64,000 nt of DNA from Bacteroidota bacterium (lineage in GTDB: Bacteria > Bacteroidota > Bacteroidia > Bacteroidales > ML635J-15), in the NCBI GenBank assembly GCA_029564465.1, contig JAKQPY010000096.1:15025-79024 (forward strand), written 5' to 3'. Positions 34,571-42,932 of this stretch are shown here, in pieces. How positions within the stretch are numbered: the stretch's first letter is position 1; each line of letters opens with the position of its first letter. Made by a program: the position numbers and the translations under genes. Below the pieces are notes generated by a model, which was not told the origin of the DNA, made no database searches, and saw nothing but the letters and a program-made list of their open reading frames with translations.

Positions 34571-35884
34571 ATGAAAGTTGTTATGATAGGTACCGGTTAT
34601 GTGGGTTTGGTTTCGGGAACCTGCTTTGCCGAGATGGGTGTACATACTGTTTGTGTTGACATTGATACAGTGAAAATCGAGAACCTGAAAAAAGGCATTA
34701 TCCCCATTTGGGAGCCCGGTCTCGAAGATATGTTAAAACGTAATTTTGAGAGTGGCAGACTGAGCTTCTCGACAAGTATTGCCGAAAGCATCAGCGGGGC
34801 TGACGCCTGTTTCATTGCTGTGGGAACTCCTCCTGACGAAGATGGCAGCGCTGATCTTCAATACGTTCTGGCTGTCGCCCGCGAAATTGGGAAAAACATT
34901 TCCGACTATCTGGTGGTAGTAACCAAAAGTACAGTTCCTATCGGAACATCCGAAAAAGTAAGAACCGCTGTTCAGGAGGAGATAAGCCTGCGGGGTTTAA
35001 GCATTAGTTTCGATGTGGCCAGTAATCCTGAATTTCTGAAGGAAGGCGATGCCATCGATGATTGTATGCACCCCGACAGAATTGTTATCGGTACCGATTC
35101 CGAAAGGGCACAGGAATTGCTGAACCGTCTTTACAAACCTTTTGTTTTGAATGGCCACCCCATCATTTTCATGGATATTCCCTCGGCTGAGATAACCAAA
35201 TATACGGCCAATGCCATGTTGGCTACGAAAATCAGTTTCATGAATGATATTGCCAACTTCTGTGAACTGGTGGGTGCTGATATTAACGCTGTGAGAAAAG
35301 GAATCGGCAGCGACAGACGAATAGGACAGTACTTTATTTATGCCGGAACGGGTTATGGGGGTTCCTGTTTCCCAAAAGATGTAAAAGCAATCATTAAAAC
35401 AGCTGATAGCAAAGGTTATTCGCTCGAAATTCTCAAAGCGGTGGAGGATGTTAACGACCGGCAGAAATCGAGATTGTACCAAAAAGCCATGCAATACTTT
35501 GGGAATAATCTGCAGGGAAAGAAAATTGCGCTCTGGGGACTTTCGTTCAAACCCAACACCGACGATATGCGTGAAGCTCCGGCGCTGGTTCTGATACAAC
35601 TTCTGGTGAAAGCCGGATGCAAGGTAGTCGCTTACGACCCCGTAGCCATCGAAGAAACCAAACGTAGAATTGGCAACATTATAGAGTATGTCGAAAATCC
35701 ATACGATGCAATTGTTGATGCTGATGCTCTTTTCTTAGTTACCGAATGGACGGAATTCAGGGTGCTGAACTACGAAAAAATGAAAACAATGCGTCATAAA
35801 ATTATTTTTGACGGCAGAAACATATACGACCCCAAAGAATTGCATGCCCATGGGTTTGAATACTTTGGAATCGGACGAAAATAA
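34571..35884 (+). CDS. ugd: UDP-glucose 6-dehydrogenase
   Basis: MIGTGYVGLVSGTCFAEMG (NAD fold), catalytic GGSCFPKDV, and the C-terminal UDP-binding domain. Confidence 0.9.
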   Translation: MKVVMIGTGYVGLVSGTCFAEMGVHTVCVDIDTVKIENLKKGIIPIWEPGLEDMLKRNFESGRLSFSTSIAESISGADACFIAVGTPPDEDGSADLQYVLAVAREIGKNISDYLVVVTKSTVPIGTSEKVRTAVQEEISLRGLSISFDVASNPEFLKEGDAIDDCMHPDRIVIGTDSERAQELLNRLYKPFVLNGHPIIFMDIPSAEITKYTANAMLATKISFMNDIANFCELVGADINAVRKGIGSDRRIGQYFIYAGTGYGGSCFPKDVKAIIKTADSKGYSLEILKAVEDVNDRQKSRLYQKAMQYFGNNLQGKKIALWGLSFKPNTDDMREAPALVLIQLLVKAGCKVVAYDPVAIEETKRRIGNIIEYVENPYDAIVDADALFLVTEWTEFRVLNYEKMKTMRHKIIFDGRNIYDPKELHAHGFEYFGIGRK

Positions 35885-35893
35885 CATCCTTAC

Positions 35894-36145
35894 ATGGAAA
35901 AAACAGTAGAAATAACCATTTGCCTTGGCAGCTCATGCTTTAGTCGCGGTAACAAAGAAATGGTGAGTGTGATTCAGGACTATCTCGAGGAACACAAACT
36001 CAAGGAACAGGTCAAATTTAAAGGTGGCCACTGCTTTGGTAATTGCAGCAATGGACCGGTAATAAAAATAAATGGTCAGCCCTATTATGGGGTTTCCAAA
36101 ATCGGTATTACCGATATTCTGAACCAGGCGTTTAACCTCGAATAA
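35894..36145 (+). CDS. small thioredoxin-like [2Fe-2S] ferredoxin (NuoE-fold, HfsA-like position)
   Basis: 83 aa. CLGSSC (Cx4C) ... CFGNC (Cx3C) ... GPVIKING. It lies 9 bp after ugd and 11 bp before the H-domain-PAS gene. Confidence 0.7.
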   Translation: MEKTVEITICLGSSCFSRGNKEMVSVIQDYLEEHKLKEQVKFKGGHCFGNCSNGPVIKINGQPYYGVSKIGITDILNQAFNLE

Positions 36146-36156
36146 ACCAACGGCAA

Positions 36157-37989
36157 ATGGAATTGATACAATTCGACAAATCGAAATGCACCCTCTGCTA
36201 TGCTTGCGTGAGAGCCTGTCCTGTGCGGGCCATTCATGTAAACAACGAAAATAACGGGGTTTCGATTATTCACGACCGGTGCATTGGTTGCGGCAATTGC
36301 TACACCAATTGTGCCTCGAAGGCAATTTTGTATTACGGTAGTATAAACGAAACACAAGCTTTACTAGCAAAATACACCTGCATGGCCATTGTTGATCCTT
36401 GTATTGCCGCCGAATTTCCTGATGTCACCGACTACCGGAATTTTGTGGGGATGATTAAAGCCATTGGGTTCCGCTATGTTTGTGAAATTTCGTATGGCGC
36501 AGGATTGGTTGCCGATGAGTATAAAACCCATTTCGAGAATTTTCGCGGGAAATATCATATCACCTCGGCATGCACACCTGTGGTTGAATATGTAAGAAAA
36601 TATCAGCCCGGGTTAATAGACAGCCTGATTCCTGTATTAACCCCCATGCTCGCAACTGCTAAAGCATGTCGTGCCATTTATGGCAACGATATTAGAATAA
36701 TTGCTATCACTCCCTGCATCGGGCAAAAACTGGAAGCGCACGAGTTCAATGGTTTAGTACATTCTGTGCTTACTTTTGAGGAATTACGTGAGTTGTTTTC
36801 ACAAAAAGATATTGCCGAAAACTCGGTTGAATTTTCGGAGTTCGACCCGCCCTATGGAGGAAAAGGTTCACTTTTTCCTATCAGTACCGGTCTGCTGGAG
36901 GCAGGCAATATTGCCACCGAGGCGGGAGTCAATCGTATTATAACCCGTGACGGTCCCGATGAGTTTCGTGACAATATTGACGACTTCTCGCGTATAGCAG
37001 CCGTAAAGCACCATTTGAATGCTTACTTCTGCAAAGGCTGTTGTACCGGTCCATGTACTTCGGCCAAACGATCGTATCTGCAAAACCACAGCCTGGTAGT
37101 CGATTTTACAATGAAGCGGGTGGCATTTTGTAACGAAAACCAACCCGATACACTGGCGAATATTCAGCTGAACCGTAGCTTTACTGCTGACGACCAGCGC
37201 TTGCCAATGCCCGATCCGGCCCGGGTTCAGGAGATACTCAAAATGTTGGGGCGTGATATGAACGACAACCACGGTTGCCAGTCGTGCGGATATAAAAGCT
37301 GTACAGAGTTTGCTGTTCATGTGGCTAAAGGCCTTGCCAAGCCTGAACTCTGCGTTACCTATACCCTCCGCAACAGCCAGGAGTTCATAAAACAGCTTAC
37401 CATCACCAATAAAAAACTTGCCGAAACCCAAAAAGCGCTCGAAATTTCGGAACGCAAACTCAGGCAGGATCATAGTGTGGTAAAAGAAACCATGAACTTA
37501 CTGGAAGCCATTATGCAAAAACTGCCTTCTGGGGTTGTGCTGGCCGACAAAAACCTGAAAATCATTCAGTCGAACGAAAAATTCATTCAGATTATTGGCC
37601 GCGAAGCCGAAGAAATCAACGAGATTGTACCCGGGCTTACAGGTGCCGACCTAAAAACGATATTACCTCAGTCGGTATATACCCTTTTTGGTTATGTGCT
37701 GGGCAACAATCAGCCGGTCGAAAACAAAGATATCAGCTACGATGATAAACTCCTTAATGTATCGGTGTTTCCGATAAAAAAAGGTGAAATTGCCGGAGCA
37801 ATATTCCGCGACCTGTATCAGCCCGAGGTTCGCCGCGAAGAAGTGATTAACCGGGTAAACGAAGTCATTGAGAAAAACCTGCAGATGGTTCAGCAAATTG
37901 GCTTCCTGCTTGGAGAAGGTGCTTCCGAAACAGAACGCATGCTCAACAGTATTATAGAATCGTATCAAAAAAGCAACCGGCAGCCATAA
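36157..37989 (+). CDS. sensory [FeFe]-hydrogenase-like protein with C-terminal PAS domain (HydS/HfsB type)
   Basis: 2x[4Fe-4S] (CTLCYACVRACP, CIGCGNCYTNC). H-domain motifs are TSACTP (36562-36579), TPCIGQKLE (36709-36735) and FCKGCCTGPC (37030-37056). CQSCGYKSC...LC (37276-37353), coiled coil, then PAS (LPSGVVLADKNLKIIQSNEKF...). Confidence 0.8.
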   Translation: MELIQFDKSKCTLCYACVRACPVRAIHVNNENNGVSIIHDRCIGCGNCYTNCASKAILYYGSINETQALLAKYTCMAIVDPCIAAEFPDVTDYRNFVGMIKAIGFRYVCEISYGAGLVADEYKTHFENFRGKYHITSACTPVVEYVRKYQPGLIDSLIPVLTPMLATAKACRAIYGNDIRIIAITPCIGQKLEAHEFNGLVHSVLTFEELRELFSQKDIAENSVEFSEFDPPYGGKGSLFPISTGLLEAGNIATEAGVNRIITRDGPDEFRDNIDDFSRIAAVKHHLNAYFCKGCCTGPCTSAKRSYLQNHSLVVDFTMKRVAFCNENQPDTLANIQLNRSFTADDQRLPMPDPARVQEILKMLGRDMNDNHGCQSCGYKSCTEFAVHVAKGLAKPELCVTYTLRNSQEFIKQLTITNKKLAETQKALEISERKLRQDHSVVKETMNLLEAIMQKLPSGVVLADKNLKIIQSNEKFIQIIGREAEEINEIVPGLTGADLKTILPQSVYTLFGYVLGNNQPVENKDISYDDKLLNVSVFPIKKGEIAGAIFRDLYQPEVRREEVINRVNEVIEKNLQMVQQIGFLLGEGASETERMLNSIIESYQKSNRQP

Positions 37990-37992
37990 ACC

Positions 37993-39177
37993 ATGCACAA
38001 CGACTTTTTCATAGAAATTGATGCCCGACAGATAAACCATCAGGGTCAAAAAATCTGCGGAGATGTGTTCATGAAGCGTCGTATCAAAGAGGAGAACCGT
38101 TTTATTGTGGTGTTGAGCGATGGCATGGGACATGGTGTAAAAGCCAATATCCTTGCAAGCCTTACGGCAACCATGGCCATGAATTTTACCATTGAGCACC
38201 GCGATCCGGGACGAATTGCCGAAATCATCATGAAAACCCTGCCGGTGTGTAAGGAACGGAAAATTGCCTATGCCACCTTTACCATAATTGATGTTACTAC
38301 GCACGATAAGGTTCAGATTATTGAGTACGACAACCCGCATGTTATGGCTTTTCGTGACGGAAAGCCCATGCAGCTCGACTGGCACGAAATTGAATTATCG
38401 AAATACGCCCAACACGACAAAAAGCTGTTCACTACAGGTTTTTATCCTCACCTGGGCGACAGGCTTATTCTGGTTTCCGATGGGGTAGCCCAGTCGGGCA
38501 TGGGTTCCGAAACATTCCCATTTGGCTGGGGTGTCGATAAAATTACGAACTATGTAGCTGGGCTGATTGAGGCCGATCACAATATTTCGGCAGCCCGTTT
38601 GTCCGAAAAAATTGTCAACCGCTCAGTACTGAACGATGGCTATAAATCGAAAGACGATACCAGCTGTGCTTCGCTCTACTTCAGAGAACCCCGGAAATTG
38701 CTGCTGGTGACCGGTCCACCCTTCGAAGCCTCCTATGATGCGCGTTTGGCGACCATAATCAGAGAACACAGCGGAAAAAAAGTGGTTTGCGGGGGTACCA
38801 CCACCGATATCGTTTCGCGTGAACTGGGGGTGGAGGTTACCGACAGCCTCGACTTTTACGACAAGGAGCTTCCTCCGGTAGCTTATATGCCGGGTATCGA
38901 CCTTGTTACCGAAGGTATACTCACCCTGAATAAGGTAAACCGCCTGTTACGTGATTTCGACAGCGACTACCTGACGGGCAAAGGTCCTGCCGACCAGATT
39001 GTAAAAATGTTTCACGAAAGCGACCGTATCGATTTCGTGGTGGGTACCAAGGTTAACGAAGCCCATCAGGATCCAAATGTTCCCGTGGACCTCGAAATAC
39101 GGCGTACCATCATAAACCGTATCGCACGTTTACTCGACGAAAAATTTCTGAAAGAAGTAAGCATCTCTTATTTGTAA
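37993..39177 (+). CDS. PP2C/SpoIIE-family serine phosphatase with extra C-terminal domain
   Basis: GDVF...VVLSDGMGHGVKA...LILVSDGV...DDTS metal-binding pattern of SpoIIE/PP2C in the first roughly 225 aa. The remaining roughly 170 aa contain no motif I recognise. Confidence 0.8.
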   Translation: MHNDFFIEIDARQINHQGQKICGDVFMKRRIKEENRFIVVLSDGMGHGVKANILASLTATMAMNFTIEHRDPGRIAEIIMKTLPVCKERKIAYATFTIIDVTTHDKVQIIEYDNPHVMAFRDGKPMQLDWHEIELSKYAQHDKKLFTTGFYPHLGDRLILVSDGVAQSGMGSETFPFGWGVDKITNYVAGLIEADHNISAARLSEKIVNRSVLNDGYKSKDDTSCASLYFREPRKLLLVTGPPFEASYDARLATIIREHSGKKVVCGGTTTDIVSRELGVEVTDSLDFYDKELPPVAYMPGIDLVTEGILTLNKVNRLLRDFDSDYLTGKGPADQIVKMFHESDRIDFVVGTKVNEAHQDPNVPVDLEIRRTIINRIARLLDEKFLKEVSISYL

Positions 39178-39256
39178 GTAGTTTTGCTTTTTTGCTGAAG
39201 ATTTACCAACCGGGAATACCAAAGCGTATTCTATTTTGAAAGTCATTCACGAAATA

Positions 39257-39308
39257 CCCCGACTCCGCTGCGATAACCTGTAAAAGTGGTCGCCGGGCGG
39301 AGGCGGGG
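39257..39308. other. GC-rich long hairpin between convergent genes
   Basis: CCCCGACTCCGC (39257-39268) pairs with GCGGAGGCGGGG (39297-39308) with 1 mismatch. The intervening 28 nt can also pair (GCGA...TCGC). No T-run follows. Confidence 0.5.
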
Positions 39309-39366
39309 TGTCCAAACAATATTCAATCAGAATTTATTTTGGCAAGGTGCAACCACACCTGTCCAA

Positions 39367-40209
39367 TCAATTCCCGTTTATCAGATTTCCGCTACCGCCA
39401 CCTCCTGAGTTTATGCTAGGATTTCCCCGGTAAATAACATCACCACTGCCATCAATTTCGACCAACAGGTTCTCGGTTGCCCACACTTCAGCATTTCCGC
39501 TACCATCGATAAAGACACTGGTGGTTTCGGTTTCGAGGTTGAAACCATAGAAGTCGCCCGATCCATCGATATGCAGAATATTTGAGGCTGACCAACCACT
39601 TGCAAAAACATCACCGCTTCCATTGATACGGAACGAAGAATTGGCAAGTTCAGTTTCGAGGTGCATATTGCCGCTGCCGTCGATAGTGGCACTCAGGCTT
39701 TGGCCCTTTCCTTCAAGGTTCAAATCACCGCTACCGTCGATTTCGAGTGTAATGTTATCGGCTTCGAGCCACTGGAATCCAACATTACCCGATCCGTTGA
39801 TGTCGATTTCAAGGCTGCTTATTGTGTCGAAAACTCCATTAGTAGTCAGGTCGCCACTACCGTCAATTTTAACATAATTTACCTCGTCAGTATAAATGTA
39901 AACAGTTACCGGAAGAGTGGGTCTCACATTGTAGCCGTGCATGAACTCAACAGTGCATATGCCATTGCTGACTTCGGTACTAACCAGATTGATGATATTT
40001 TCCTGTGCTTCAACAAGAATTTTAGCTGAGTCGCTTTTAACAAGTACTACATCAATCATGTCGTTAATCTCAACTCCGTTAATTCCACGACTGTCTCTTT
40101 CAATACTGGTAAGTTGCCCAACGCCCCTTACGTAATCGTGCGGGAAATAGCACGACGATAACCCTCCAAGCAGTGCAGCAATGGCTGCAATTAATGCGAA
40201 TCGTTTCAT
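39367..40209 (-). CDS. GIN-domain (DUF2807, adhesin-head-like) lipoprotein
   Basis: Lipobox LGGLSSC. Repeated (I/V)DGSGD / INGSGN beta-helix turns are typical of DUF2807. Confidence 0.65.
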   Translation of the reverse strand: MKRFALIAAIAALLGGLSSCYFPHDYVRGVGQLTSIERDSRGINGVEINDMIDVVLVKSDSAKILVEAQENIINLVSTEVSNGICTVEFMHGYNVRPTLPVTVYIYTDEVNYVKIDGSGDLTTNGVFDTISSLEIDINGSGNVGFQWLEADNITLEIDGSGDLNLEGKGQSLSATIDGSGNMHLETELANSSFRINGSGDVFASGWSASNILHIDGSGDFYGFNLETETTSVFIDGSGNAEVWATENLLVEIDGSGDVIYRGNPSINSGGGGSGNLINGN

Positions 40210-40227
40210 ATTTATAATTATTTTATA

Positions 40228-40896
40228 TTAGAATTTACCAATTTTAAGACTTACACCTGCATTAAAACCGTTCATCAGATTGTTGTTCCCGATAATCTGT
40301 CCGGCACCACCGGAATACTCAAGATAAATATTCGAAGTATAGCGATAACTGGCATGCACTGCAAGTCTGAAGAAGCGTGTCATATTGAATTGCAGCTCAA
40401 GTCCCGGCTGAACGTAAAAATATGCATAATAGCTTTCGGGATAATAATCGTAGTTTTCGGCAAAATAGTAGTAATTGCCCATATAGCCTACGCCTCCTGC
40501 GCCAATGCTGACAGGTACCGAAAGGTTGATGGCTTTCTGGGGAAATATATTGGCTGCAAACAGTAAACCACCATAAGCACCCGAATACAGGTAATACGAG
40601 TTGTTTAAACTGGCATCGGGACGGGGTTCCGAAACAAAAGCATTAACATCAAGACCGACCTCAAACATGTGGTCAACAACCCAGGCTGTCCGGATGCCCC
40701 CGATGAAGGCATTACGGCCTGCTATCTGAGTGTAGTACAGGTTCGCCCCTAAATAAGCACCATGCGAGGTAATACCATCAGAATCAAAAAGGGTTTGAAT
40801 TTCGGAACCCTGTCGACTGTGCTTTAATGAGTCATTTTGTGAAAAGGCTGTCCCGACAAGGGTTGCCATACAGATTACAAGAAATAGTTTTTTCAT
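40228..40896 (-). CDS. small outer-membrane beta-barrel protein (hypothetical)
   Basis: Signal peptide, Tyr/Gly-rich alternating strands, and a C-terminal ...GVSLKIGKF ending in Phe. Confidence 0.5.
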   Translation of the reverse strand: MKKLFLVICMATLVGTAFSQNDSLKHSRQGSEIQTLFDSDGITSHGAYLGANLYYTQIAGRNAFIGGIRTAWVVDHMFEVGLDVNAFVSEPRPDASLNNSYYLYSGAYGGLLFAANIFPQKAINLSVPVSIGAGGVGYMGNYYYFAENYDYYPESYYAYFYVQPGLELQFNMTRFFRLAVHASYRYTSNIYLEYSGGAGQIIGNNNLMNGFNAGVSLKIGKF

Positions 40897-40967
40897 ACGT
40901 TTTTATTTTTTTACAATCTTATGACAGATACATCTCATTATACCCCTATTCATTAAAAAAAAAAATC

Positions 40968-42932
40968 TTAAAATCTTACCCCAATAGTGAAACCCTGCCA
41001 AATACTATATTGTGTTGGTTTACCTTCGGAAGTGTAATATGCGTAATCAGGTTTCATGTCCGTTAAAAATTCGTTGGTGTATGGATTTTTCCACCTGCTG
41101 GCCGAAAGATTCAACGATGTTCCGGCAAAGAGTATAAAGCTATTTGCCAGATTTAATCCGATTTGTGGCTTCAACGATAACCATAAATTGAGGTCTTTAA
41201 CAAAACTATTGTGCTCAAACACGTGGCTGCAGGTTAAGTCGCAGTTCAGCATCCATTTTTTTCCCATTGAGGTGGATGTTCCCAGTCCATAGCCAATAAA
41301 TAAACGTAAATCGGACCTATCGGGGCTGATTCCGGTATTGATTATATTGTAGAATTTTGGTAATCCGCTTTTAAAACAGAACACGATATTGTTGAGATCG
41401 TTGTAGCTGAATTCAATTGAACGGTATCCGTTTTTGACAACAGTAAAAAAGCCGGCTGCAAAACCACTGTTCACTTCGGAAACATTAATAAAACCAATCT
41501 GGCCACCCCGGCATGAATCGCTTATATTAATAAGCCCAAGTTGAAGACCGTGATTTACGTTGCATCGATTATATAAAGCCGGACACTGCAGCAATTGTAA
41601 ATTGTTGGCTACATTAAAGATAAATGCGGTTTGCAATATCGGGTTCCCGTAACAATCGCGATTTCCCACAGCAGCTATTTGCAATCCATTCGATTCATCA
41701 GCGACATTATAAATTGCTGAAACCTGCAATTTCCCGTTTATTCCGTCGGCAATATTTACTACCGGCGAAATCTGCGAACCCACATAACGACCACGACTCA
41801 GCGAGCTTACTCCCGAAAATTGTAATCCGTTAAGCGAGTCTGTCGACAAGTTACTCACCAGTGAGAACTGCACACCATTCCCAATTCCTGTAAGTGTGTT
41901 ATGAATCAGTGCCAGTTGCATGCCGTTTAAATCGTTACGGCAATAGTTTGTTAAACCTGCTGCTTGTAAGCCCGTTACATGATTGAAAACCAGATTTGCC
42001 CCGGGACTGATCTGTGTACCGCTAACGCTGCCGTTTACAATATTTAGTAGTCCGCCAAACTGAAATCCGAGCATATTGCGGCGTACAATATTCAAAAGCA
42101 ACCCGATTTCAACACCCGAAACGGCTCCAACATAGCCACCGGGAATATTTAATGAAGTTGAATACTTCATGTTGCGGCTGTGCCATAAATCGCTGCCTAT
42201 AAAGGGCAGTACCGACAACTGAAACTCTTTTTTTTCAAGGTCATGATATTCAATGGTATCGCTGACAGGCCTGATTTTAAAAGCATCGGAGAACCCAACT
42301 GCAGCAACGCTGTCATGGTCGTAAGGCGTTGGCTCAAGCATTGGCACCTTTATAATCACGTCGGGTGTTCTTGTCAGTGGCTGCATTTCGAGAATAAATC
42401 CCGGAGTCGGTTTTTCAAGTTTCAGTAGGGTATCGTAATAACCATTGGCTGTAACTTCGATGTAACATGGGTATTCATTACAAATTACGGTAAAATTACC
42501 GGCGCGGTCGCTGCGCCATCTACTTCGTTGCTGGTTCGAAACGCGGGCATTGGAAATCCCGCTGCGTGTTCTCGAATTAATTACCTTACCACTCATTGAT
42601 TGCTTTTGTTGGCTTACTTTCTTCAGAATAATGTGGGTTCCCGATTCCAACATCTGAATATTGTTGCCGCATAGAGTGGTAATAATTTTCCGTATGGTTT
42701 GTTGTTCTGCGTATATACTGACAATAGAATCCTGATTAATAGCATCGTTCCCATAAGAAAAACTGAAGTTTCCGAGTCGTTCAATTTCTGTTAAGGCTTT
42801 ATGCAGGCTGATATTCCGGAATTCAACCGTGATTTTTTTATCCAGAATATGACTCTGCCCAATAACTATTTCACTCTGAGCAAGCATCAGGAGCAAAAGT
42901 ACCAAATGCAGGAACAGGGTTTTATTCGGCAT
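40968..42932 (-). CDS. STN-domain + carboxypeptidase-regulatory-like domain outer-membrane protein with 16-residue repeats (not a TonB-dependent transporter)
   Basis: Signal peptide from ATG 42932. STN-like ITVEFRNISLHKALTEIERLGNFSFSY. CarboxypepD_reg-like MSGKVINSRTRSGISNARV. About 14 repeats of xxGxQxxxxxNxxxxx. C-terminal ...GFTIGVRF. The start overlaps the FecR stop. Confidence 0.65.
   Translation of the reverse strand: MPNKTLFLHLVLLLLMLAQSEIVIGQSHILDKKITVEFRNISLHKALTEIERLGNFSFSYGNDAINQDSIVSIYAEQQTIRKIITTLCGNNIQMLESGTHIILKKVSQQKQSMSGKVINSRTRSGISNARVSNQQRSRWRSDRAGNFTVICNEYPCYIEVTANGYYDTLLKLEKPTPGFILEMQPLTRTPDVIIKVPMLEPTPYDHDSVAAVGFSDAFKIRPVSDTIEYHDLEKKEFQLSVLPFIGSDLWHSRNMKYSTSLNIPGGYVGAVSGVEIGLLLNIVRRNMLGFQFGGLLNIVNGSVSGTQISPGANLVFNHVTGLQAAGLTNYCRNDLNGMQLALIHNTLTGIGNGVQFSLVSNLSTDSLNGLQFSGVSSLSRGRYVGSQISPVVNIADGINGKLQVSAIYNVADESNGLQIAAVGNRDCYGNPILQTAFIFNVANNLQLLQCPALYNRCNVNHGLQLGLINISDSCRGGQIGFINVSEVNSGFAAGFFTVVKNGYRSIEFSYNDLNNIVFCFKSGLPKFYNIINTGISPDRSDLRLFIGYGLGTSTSMGKKWMLNCDLTCSHVFEHNSFVKDLNLWLSLKPQIGLNLANSFILFAGTSLNLSASRWKNPYTNEFLTDMKPDYAYYTSEGKPTQYSIWQGFTIGVRF

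Noticed and set aside
33640-35884. RibF-like and Ugd genes as dedicated functional parts of the H2-sensing system
   Set aside because: Tight spacing suggests co-transcription. Ugd has a complete housekeeping motif set and no obvious mechanistic link, so it is treated as a passenger. Only the RibF-like motif anomaly is kept as a finding.
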